From the NCBI GenBank assembly GCA_907165135.1, contig OU015567.1:11842001-11906000 (forward strand): a DNA stretch of 64,000 nt, given 5' to 3'. The notes beneath the pieces were generated by a model that saw nothing but the letters and a program-made list of their open reading frames with translations, ran no database searches and had not been told where the DNA came from. The DNA is from Oikopleura dioica. Lineage: Eukaryota; Animalia; Chordata. A program made the translations under genes and the position numbers. Shown here in pieces: positions 9,830 to 19,915 of this stretch. How positions within the stretch are numbered: position 1 is the first letter of the stretch; each line of letters starts with the position of its first letter.

Positions 9830-12755
9830 ACTCTTAGATGATCGGGTATTCTTGCAGGGCCAGTGAAATTTCCCCTGAGATCGTTGAAGGCATCGTTGAG
9901 ATCTTTTTCGAAAGAAAAGGCATTGATCAGTTCCACCGGACTGCTGTACTTATGCTGTTCGCAGAAATAGTACTTCGGTCGTAAACTCGTCGATGATTTC
10001 TCCTGGAAGATCTTCATATGCCGCTGCTTTTTCTCCCAAGTCACCATTGAAACAGCTTGAAACCCGGTTAGAAAAGAATTGTGAGCTTTGTCTTACCATA
10101 GGGCGCTTGTTTGACATCGGCACCAGCTCGATCTCGAACAAGGAATTGACCAGCAGAAGATTGCTCTAAAATACGCCTGGCTTGATCTCTCTCCATCATT
10201 CCGACATAATATGGCTTTTCTTTCAATTCCCTGTGATTTTTATCTGAAAGGGGTTGAAAATTATGTTTGAAGTAAAAAATCATCTACCGTGAAAGTCGTG
10301 TGCTTCGGTAGGATCAACAGAATAAGGGTTTTCTTCAGGTCTTCTGTAGGTTTGAACATTTTCAATGCACCCTTCGTGAACATAGATATTCGGAAACTTG
10401 GTCGATCTGAAGCCCTGCATCTCCAATCCATTGAAGAGTTTTTTACAAATTTTACAGCAGCTGATTTTGGGAAAGTAATTTTGGCAGTTGTAACCCAGTG
10501 GAATATTGAACGCGGTCCAGCCTTGCTTCATATTCTTTGTGTAAGTCTGGTAAACATTGCTCAATCGCGCGTGGAATGTCTTCGCAAATTGCTCCGTTGG
10601 AAATTTTATTTCATAATTTATCGATCTGCCATAAGTCGTTTTGACTCTGACTTTCCATTGGCTTCGTTGGCGCAAAACAGCTCTGGATTCTTCTGGCTGG
10701 CTCACTTCCGGTTTGTTGTTGCCAGCATTCACGATGTGTTCGAATTTTATTACATTGATTAGGAATGCTTTCGCGTTTCTTTCGAAGCCGACGATGACCA
10801 GAACGGTGTGGAAGACGAAGACTTCAATTTTCTCCCAGTTTAATTTTTCGCCATCTTTCGAGACTTTGTCAGCGTTGAGGCCTTCTTTGTACTGCGTTTT
10901 GTCCTTTGTTCTCAAAGGAAACCCGAACTCTTTAGTTGGAACCCCTGTCCTTCGACTGATTTTGTTACGCTCAAGGATGCCTGTATTGTCCCCACTACAC
11001 GCGTTGACGTACGAGTTTATTTCCTTCAATAGATCAAAAACTATCTTCAGATTGTCATAATCAGGGTGCTCTGGACCAGATTTGTTGATCAATCGCTCCA
11101 CAAACAGTGGATATCTGCAGAGTCTTTCCATCGGAATTACCAGGGCTTCTTGAACCTCTCGTTTGCAGATTATTCTAAAAATGGGTTTCTTCGTTGATTT
11201 CGAAGCATTATTTATACCTTGATTGCTCGGCATTAGTGCGAATTACGTGTAAAGCTTTCTTATAAGCTGGATTTTTGTCGGCATCCCGGTCGATCAGCTT
11301 CATTTTGTCTTTAGCGCTCTCAATTTTTGTTAGGTACTCTTTGTATTCAAGCAAGTTCGACATCATTTTCAGGAAGCATTCTAAATATTTGGTAGATTCG
11401 GGAATGGTGCTTTTTCTTACCAGAGATTTTGCGGCTCTCAAATTGTTTCTCGCTCTCCCTCTTTATGTCCTTGTAGAAGTCTTCATGAATTTCCTTGATT
11501 TTCATCAAGTTTATAAAAACAGCTTTCATATCTTCTTTTGATAGAATTTCAGAAAGAGGCTTGATCCAATGTTGGTCAATGTCTCGGAGAAGACTGAGGT
11601 AGGTAAGTTCTGAGCTGACAAGTTCATCAATAATGCGCGTTCTAATCTCGATTTGCCCTGGAAAAATATAATGGTGGTTCTTTTGGATCTTTTGTCTACC
11701 TGGAATGCCATAAATTTGCTGCTGGCCCATGTAAGCACCCGTTTGAACTCCATCTTCTTCGACATCGCCGCCGAGACTGTCCATATCGTACGGGCTCATC
11801 AGAACGGTATAGAGATCTGATGGGTTAGCGTCATAAACAGGAATTGGAACTAAAAATATGCGTCAATAAAATGCCAATGCTCCAATTATTTTTACCATCA
11901 GCATCCATGACACTCAAGCGAGAAAGAGTCGAAAGAGGACGCGGTGGGATAGCTGGGGGTACATCATCTTCCGGGACTTCGTCGTAAGGTGTTGGTGGCA
12001 CTTCGTTATAAAAATCTAAAAAATTGATGCGCGCGTCGCTACTGAATCTAACCTGAAGCTACGGGATCATATGGAACGCCAATTTCACCCAAATCTCCAT
12101 TGAAATCAAATCTCGGTCTTGATCGGAACTGGCTTGTGATTGGAAAATGTTGAATCTTTGTGACCCCGTTCAAACGGTTCATTTCCGGAATACCAGATAA
12201 AGCACACAAAAGCTCCAGGAGGTAATCTCTTTTAACGTCGTCTCTCGGCAAAAGGGGCAAGGTAAATAAATCTGTTTCTCCTATTCTTGGGCTAAAAAGG
12301 TGTAAAGATAAAGTAGTGAAGTAGAAACTACTTGATATATGCGAATTCTTCGGCTAAGACATTGAAAAAATTCCTTGCATTTCTTCGTGAGGATTCTTCT
12401 CTTGCGTCAACCTGCGGGGATGCATCGATGGAAATATTTCGGCGATGGAAACAGCCACTTTTTGAACGAATCAATAATTGATTTTCGAATCATTAATTAA
12501 TAGGTCATTATTGACCTTGATTTTATGCTCGTTTCCTGATCACCTCATCGAGAAGATTGCATAAAATATGGCCGCTTTTGAGGTTTTTAGACAGGAATTG
12601 AAATTGCCAATCTTATTCCTAATTATCTAACCATTCTCGAAATCAACAAGCCTACCTAGAGCTCGTTTGTCAAAGTCAGTAGGCTTTCCCATCCTTCCAA
12701 CCATCGCCAACATTTCGAAAATCTTCCCGTACATTTGGTCCACGTCTCTCGCCAT
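9830..12755 (-). CDS. VAV: Vav-family Rho/Rac GEF (CH-acidic-DH-PH-C1-SH2); 3' end unresolved
   Basis: Spliced CH motif (NLKSGHILCNLLDE...DLFTLP...LLCALS). DH (IIDELVSSELTYLSLL...ALVIPMERLCRYPLFV), PH, C1 (SCCKICKKLFNGLEMQGF...HEGC) and SH2 (YYVGMMERDQARRILE...GQFLVRDR...KQRHMKIF). Domain order is diagnostic. Confidence 0.88.
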
Positions 12756-12895
12756 GATTACCCTTCAGTATTCAGATTTGATCAGCAGTTAAACAGAGAT
12801 TCTTTCAAGGTTGCTTCTGAGTTGATTTCTCTGGGGAAAAAGCTTCGTAGTATATTTTCTCCACGGCCGCTCTGCTCGCGTAACCCTGAGCAAAC

Positions 12896-13737
12896 GGCTG
12901 CTCCCGCATTTCCCAAAATCCTGGATTTCCCAAATCCTGGATTTCTCAAAATCCTGAATTTCTCAAATCGCCAAATCAGGATTCTGCCGATTCAGGATTT
13001 TGGGAAATGCGGGATTATTTTTTCTTTTGAGTCAGTTTTCTTGCTTTACCAAATTTGAATTGATTGATCATATAACTTTTATTTCTTGGCTTCTCCACAG
13101 TCTATCCCGACTTCACCAACTTCAATCCTGGCTTCAACAATTTCGATCCTAGCTTTACATACGTCAATCTTGGCATCTCCAGCGTCTATCCCGGCTTCTT
13201 TAAATCCGATCCGGTCGTCACTTTTTTTCAATCCTAGCTTTTCAGATGTCAGTCCCGGCTTCTCAGTTCTCTATTATTGCTTCTTGAATGTCGATCATGG
13301 CTTATCCAAGATTAGATTATTGTTGGAAAAGCCGTGATTGAAAATGATGACATTGAAGAAGTCGGGATTGACGTCGATGAAGCCGGGATTGACATTGGAG
13401 AAGCCATGATTTAAGTCGGTGAAGCTAGGATTGACGATGTACCAGAATTGACGATGGAGAACCCATGATTGATAAAATATCAATGATATTGGAGAAGACA
13501 TGATTGAAGTTGGTGAAGCCAGGATTGGGGTTAAAGAAGCCAGAATCGGCTTCTTTTCGGGCAAACGGAGACCAATTTAAGCTAAATCCTTAATTTCTCA
13601 AAATCCTGCTTTTCCCAATCCTGCATTTCCCAAAATCCAGAATCGGCAGAATCCTGATTTGGCGATTTGAGAAATTCAGGATTTTGAGAAATCCAGGATT
13701 TGGGAAATCCAGGATTTTGGGAAATGCGGGAGTAGCC
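12896..13737. mobile_element. Non-autonomous foldback-like TIR element (842 bp); GG...CC termini, 9-bp TSD, internal inverted ~21-bp repeat arrays
   Basis: TSD TGAGCAAAC at 12887-12895 and 13738-13746. TIRs of ~100-120 bp start GGCT(G/A)CTCCCGCATTTCCCAAAATCCTGG. Degenerate ATCCCGGCTTC-type units run in opposite orientation in the two halves. Confidence 0.9.
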
Positions 13738-14407
13738 TGAGCAAACAATTATTTCCTCAGAAAAATATGAAAGTCTTCATTTTTCAATCTTTCGTAAAAT
13801 CAAGATAAACTCTGTATTTGACTGATCTTCTGAGATAAAAAAACAATGGTGATATTTGAACAACCCAGATTTACTCTAACGAGGGGACTTTTTGACTTGA
13901 CAAGAAAAATAAAAAGGGAAAGGAGAATTTTACTAATCATTAGTATGCTTTGTTAAAAAAAGATATTTTTATGAGCCGAGTGATGAAAAACATAAAAGAG
14001 ATAAATAAAATAGATGAATAAAAAGTCAAATAAGAGACCATGACCTTCATGAATAGTCACTATTCAAACTTACTTATGAAAATATCCAACCGTTATTGAA
14101 AAGAACTTCAAGTATCAGATTCTCTTCCAGCTTTTCTTCAAAACTTCAGTTTCAAAGTGAACCCAGTTTTCGGAACGCTCGGAGCACAAAAACGATAAGG
14201 CGTAATAACGTGATGCTAGCGCTGATGATTCCGTCTCAGACCCTCAGGCAGGTCTCATAAAGACCTATTGTTTCCGCATGAGGCGAAATTATTTATGACT
14301 CAGGGAGATTCAGTCTCTGAAGGTCAAATATTTTTCTGCTAAATATTTAACTAAACTTGGATCCATGATGAAATTTATTCAAAAGAGAAACATGTCAGGT
14401 AATCATT

Positions 14408-16390
14408 TTATTGCATGGCAGCTAGCTCTTCCTTTAGCTCAGGAAAATCATTGACGGCTTGATCGCGGAGAAGGTATTTTTGAATTTTGCCAGTGACGGT
14501 TTTTGGGAACTCAGAAGTGAACTTGATGTACTTTGGAATCTTGTATCGGGCAAGTCCTTCTTTGCAGAACTCGACGATATCTTCGGAGGTGACAGTATCA
14601 TCTTTCAACTGTATGTACGCAGCTACTTCTTCTCCCAATCTGGAAGAAGGAACGCCGATCACATAGCAGTCAACAACCTTGGAAGAAGATAGACAATGTT
14701 TACTGGCGAGGATTGTGTTTACCTTGTCATGCGTGGCGATGAAATTTTCGATTTCCGTCGGCTGGATATTCTCTCCTCCTCGAATGATCATGTCCTTCGA
14801 TCTGCCGCTGATCTGAAGCGTTCCATCGTCACGCACCAGGGCAAGATCGCCGGTTTTCCAGTATCCATCTTTCGTGTAAGATTCTTTTGTTTTAGCCTCG
14901 TCCTTCACATATCCTAAAAACGATTCTCTAACAAAATTTATTCCTCGTCCTCACCTTGGAAAAGAACGAATCCCTTCGTAACCAACTCTCCAATTTGTCC
15001 CTTCTCAAGAGTATTTTCTTCATCGTCGATGATTTTCGCATCGACACCGGGAATAGGAAAGCCAACGGTGTTGCAGGTGACATCTTCGGTCGATCCCGGG
15101 GGAGTCAAAAATGTGGCACAGGAATTTTCCGTCATTCCATAACCGACTGTCATTTTTACACCAAGCTCTTGGTTTGCTTTTCGCACAAGAGCAGGGGTTG
15201 CTGGAGCTCCCCCAACAATCGCGTACTTCAAAGAGGAGATGTCGTGATCTGCGCGTGTTGGATCGTTGACAATGTCTTTAGTGAGTTGAAAAAGCTCTTA
15301 GTTTATAGAAAATGTTTTCTTCCGAAAGTAACTCGATCCTGTAAACATTGTGGGAGTTCCAAGAAGAAATGTGCATTTTTGATTAGCACAAGCTTGAATA
15401 GAAGCAGCGGAGTTGAATCCAGGCGCCGGATAGATATTTGGAACGCAGTTATAAGCGCCGGATAAAGAACCACCAACGAAGGAGAAAACGTGATAGAGCG
15501 GCAACACGTTCAGGAATGATGTATTTTCGTTGAGAGAGGGTTCAATAACATTCAAAGCTCTGGTCAGCGAGATGGCGTTGTTGGTAAGGTTGAAATGCGA
15601 AAGTGAGGCCGCTTTTGGCATGCCGGTCGTCCCAGATGTAAATTGAATATTCGCAATTGAATGTGGATCAACTTTCATTTCATTGATGGATTTCAGATCA
15701 GCGTCGCTACCAGCTTGCTCCAGTTCTGACCACTGAAAGGTTCCAGCTTCGGCTTCAGGGGAACTGTAGTAAACGATTTTCTTCAATGTTGGCACGGAAG
15801 GAATATTGAGACTGAATCGGTCTTGCTCGGCGAGATTCGGAATAAATTCCTGGACTTTTGCATGATAGTTGAGTGGGCCGATCGTCTTTGGGCAAACGAG
15901 CATTTTTGCGTCAACTTTTTCCAGCGCATATTCAAGCTCGCGTGTTGTATAAAGAGGGTTGATGTTGACCATTTCGAACCCAGCTCTTGCGCAAGCCCAC
16001 TTCATCACCAACCACTCTGGTTGATTCGGCCCCCAAACAGCAACACGATCTCCAGGGCGAATTCCCAAATTGAAAAGACCTGCGGCGATTCTCCCCGCTT
16101 CATTGTGCATTTCACCAAAGGTAAAGGCCTTTTTATGCATTTCAAAGGAAGCCATCAATTTTGAGTCGTTCTTTTCGCACGCGCCAAGGACAAAATCGTA
16201 CATGCATACTTCTTGTGAAGTGTACGAAGCGCCCTGGATTTGGCTTGACAATGAACGTGCGAGTCTTAACAAGTTCGTTGATCTTTATGAAAACGAAACT
16301 TAGTGAACTCTACTTTTCTTATGGGCACTGCTCATTGCGTAGCAGTCTCTTGAAGAGAATAAGTTACCTTCTCCCTATTGTACCCTTCAT
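14408..16390 (-). CDS. ACSF2: Acyl-CoA synthetase family member 2-like, copy 1 (mitochondrial-type presequence)
   Basis: AMP-binding motif IQFTSGTTGMPK, YGMTE, TGDL, GRSKDMIIRGGENI and PKTVTGKIQK. Spliced N-terminus MKGTIGRRSTNLLRLARSLSS. Confidence 0.88.
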
Positions 16391-16742
16391 CCTTCTCTCT
16401 AGAACAGAATGAAAATGGTTGACCTAGATTTTCTAAAAGAATCTCAAGTGGATTTTAAAAAACGTAGGCGTTTCTGGTCTAGGAAACAAAAAGATTGAAA
16501 AGCTCCTTGCCTCCGGGAGTCGTTCGACGCCCAAAAAAGCAAATAATTTAGTTCAAGCAGTGCAAATAATGGTCTAAAAACGTTCATTTTGGGCATTGAC
16601 CTTTGGACAAGAAGATGAAGCCATAATATCAACAACAATCCTTATAAAATAAATCATTTAGCTAAGCGAAATTGAACACGCTAGAAATGTGGAATTTATT
16701 AAGTTTTTTCATGAAAGGAGCGTTGAGGGCCAACTTGAGGCT

Positions 16743-18984
16743 TTATTCTTGAATTTCGTCTTTCAGTTCAGGAAAATCTTCGAGAGCTTGTTTTTGAAGC
16801 AGGAACTTTTGAACTTTGCCAGTCGTCGTCAGAGGATAGGTATCTTCAAATTTGATGTATTTTGGGTGTTTGAATCGGGCAAGTCCGTTTTTGCAGTGGG
16901 CTTTCACGTCGTCGATTGTGATGGAAGCACCTTCGTTTAGCTATAAAAATATGTTATAGAAGCAAAAAAATGACTGCTGCGAACTTGAATATAGACAGCA
17001 ACTTCCTCGTCAAGACGCTTTGATGGAACTCCAATAACAAAAGATGCTTTGACTGCTGGCATTTCATTGATGTAGTCTTCGATTTCCGTCGGCTGAATAT
17101 TTTCTCCTCCACGGATGATCAAATCCTTTTCACGGCCAGTGATTCTGAAATTATACAATTCCGATGATTCGAAGGAAATTCTTACTTGAGCATTCCATCC
17201 TCACGGAGGAGGGCTAAATCTCCAGTCTTGAAGAATCCATCTTCGGTGAAAGATTCCTTGGTTTTTTCATCATCATTGACATATCTAAGTTAAAAGTAAT
17301 GATAAACTGAATATAATACGTTTAGCTACCCATTGAAAAGAAAGTATCCTTTTGTAACAAGCTCTCCAATAGTTCCCTTCGGAACAACATTTCCGTCTTT
17401 ATCGAGGATCTTCGCTTCAACACCTTGGTAGGGCTCGCCAACACTTTCAGAAACAACGCTCATATCTTCAGACAGAATCGGTGTCTGGAAGGTACCACCA
17501 GAATTCTCAGTCATTCCATAGACAATAGACACTCGAGAGTCCAGGACTTCTTTTGCTCGCTGAACCAATACCTTCGAAACGGGGGATCCGCCGAGTACCG
17601 CGTAATCTAAGGAGCTTCGATTGGGATAAATTTTGATCTTGATATGCTTCTATCACAGATATTATCAAAGTTCAAATCCCAATTCTTAAATCAAGCTCCT
17701 TGGCCAAAGGTGAGTTGATCATGTCGACAAACCTAGAAATAATTAGATCAATCAAAGTAGAATCAACAAACATTGTAGGAGTGCCGAGAACAACATTGCA
17801 TTGATAGTCAGCGAGACAATTGAGGGCTGCATCCGCATTGAATCCCGGAGTCGGAAAGACATTTGCCTGAGAAAATCATATCGTCCTCATTCTTACAAAT
17901 ACTCTTAATGTACCTGCAAAGAGTAACATCCTTGCATTGACCCTCCAAGATAAGAGAACACGTGATATAATGGCAGAATATTTAGTATCTTCGTTTCGCC
18001 TGGGACTGAAACTTGGCCATTTTTGTTCACATGGTCATGAACTCCAATCGCATTGTTCACAAGCCCATAGTGGCTTAACCCAGCCGCCTTAGGCCGACCA
18101 GTTGTTCCGGAAGTGAATTGGATGTTCGAGTTACTGTAGGGGTCGACTTTTACGCTTCGAACTTCCGTCAGGTTTTTGTCTGATCCCATTTCTTCGAGCT
18201 CGTCCCATCTTATCGCGCCACCGACTTCTTCGTAGCAAGAGTAAAAGACGATCGTTTTCAAGTCAGGCATTGCCTTTGATTTGATGCTGAATTTGTCCTG
18301 GCTTTCAAGATCAGGAATCAATGATTTTAGAGCTCCGTGATAATTGAGAGGTCCAAGCTCTTTTGGACAGACGAGTGCTTTCGCGTTGACCTTGTTCATC
18401 GCATACTCAAGCTCTGGTTGAGTGTAGAGAGGGTTCAGACTAACTTTGATTTGGTTTGAACTCCAGTAACTTGTTGCTAGACTAGGAATGCTGTCTATCA
18501 ACAAACAAAAAGAAGTACTGACCAGATAGGCGTTTTTCAAATAGTTTCATAGAACGGTTAAATATTTGAACTGTTCACACAAACATGCCCTTTGCATTTG
18601 GGGCAACACACCTCAAGAAGTAAAAATCAGAATAACGAATAATTTCAAACCAGTTCCTAACGGCATGCCAAGCTTAGCAGTGGCCCACTTCATTATGAAC
18701 CATTCTGGCTGATTCGGTCCCCAAACTGCCACTCGATCACCTGGCTTCAAACCAGCAGCAAGCAAGCCGGCGGCGAATTTCTCTGCAGTCTCGTGTGTCT
18801 CTTGAAAAGTGAATTCCGTAGCAAAAAGATCGAAAACAGCCTGTTGAGAGTCAGGCATTTTCTCGACCGCTCTCATGAGAAGTTGATCGGTGGTCCATTC
18901 TTTTGGAGTATAAGAAGTACCGTTGATAATGCTCAAACACCTTTTGGCTCCCCGTGTTAGGCGAACTGTTTTGTTGGCGATCAT
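16743..18984 (-). CDS. ACSF2: Acyl-CoA synthetase family member 2-like, copy 2 (tandem paralog)
   Basis: IQFTSGTTGRPK, YGMTENS, GREKDLIIRGGENI and YPLTTTGKVQK. N-terminus MIANKTVRLTRGAKRCLS. Stop TAA at 16743-16745. Needs at least one non-GT intron. Confidence 0.82.
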
Positions 18985-19500
18985 TTTGCTAACTCTTGTT
19001 GATCGGAATGCGGGCCAAAAGTTTATGCATTCGAAAGAGAGCTTGCCTTGGCTTGCCAAGACAAATATGCATTTACCTTTGGTTTCTTTCTCCTTCCTTC
19101 TCAGTACAAAGGTCGAATTTTTGGACACCACGGAAAAGAACTTGGTCGGCAAAATCTTGATATAATCCTCAGATAATAAAATATCGCAGATTAGAAGATT
19201 TTTCCTACAGTGGAATATAAATTATATTATATAATTATTTACGCAAAATTTTAAATGGAAAAATACTGAGTAGAATAAAAAATCCTGTTTGGCAGAAATC
19301 AATCTCATTTCCGTCGAAAAGACGTTAAATTTATTCATTTTTCTTTTTGAAGGCCGTTTCACGAGACATCGAAATGTCTGGCACCCTTGTGTTTTTTCTG
19401 AATTACCAGGATCAGTGCGTATTTTATTAAACATAAAAGAAATCCATCTACACGAAGTATCATCATTTCTACTACAGCCATATAATAAATAATTGATCAA

Positions 19501-19689
19501 ATGAAAATCCAGATCATTTTGATCGCTTTGGCATCAGCTTTTGACTACGGACAACTAATGCAGGACTATCATCTGAATGCTGAGCCTACTCTCAGGCGAA
19601 GTAATGTGAAACAATGGCGAGCACCTCGATTCCATCCTAGGTCGATGAGCAAGTACTTCCGCAGTTATCTTCGACGAATATCTAACTAA
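19501..19689 (+). CDS. Small secreted cationic peptide or precursor (62 aa)
   Basis: ATG start, hydrophobic MKIQIILIALASA, two RR sites, Arg-rich tail, AATAAA about 100 nt downstream. Single exon. Confidence 0.5.
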   Translation: MKIQIILIALASAFDYGQLMQDYHLNAEPTLRRSNVKQWRAPRFHPRSMSKYFRSYLRRISN

Positions 19690-19915
19690 TCAACTGACTT
19701 TTCTCAATATGTTTCCCTGTTCCTCCGCATTATTTATCTATCCAAATTATTCAACATATTCTTCTCACTATTGGCTTAAATTTAAACATAATAAACTCCA
19801 AAAAATCTACTAAATAACTTTTACTTAAATTAAAATCAACCATACTCAGATTTTTGAATATATATAAAAATATTTATTGGCTTACAGAAAATATTTATTT
19901 ACAGAAGGGCAAAAT

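Noticed and set aside
13086-13564. ORFs 13086-13337 and 13295-13564
   Set aside because: They lie in the 21-bp repeat arrays of the TIR element and show no transposase motifs.
14220-14325. TGATGA...CTGA resembling a C/D snoRNA
   Set aside because: No terminal stem or recognisable rRNA-complementary guide, and such motifs are frequent by chance.
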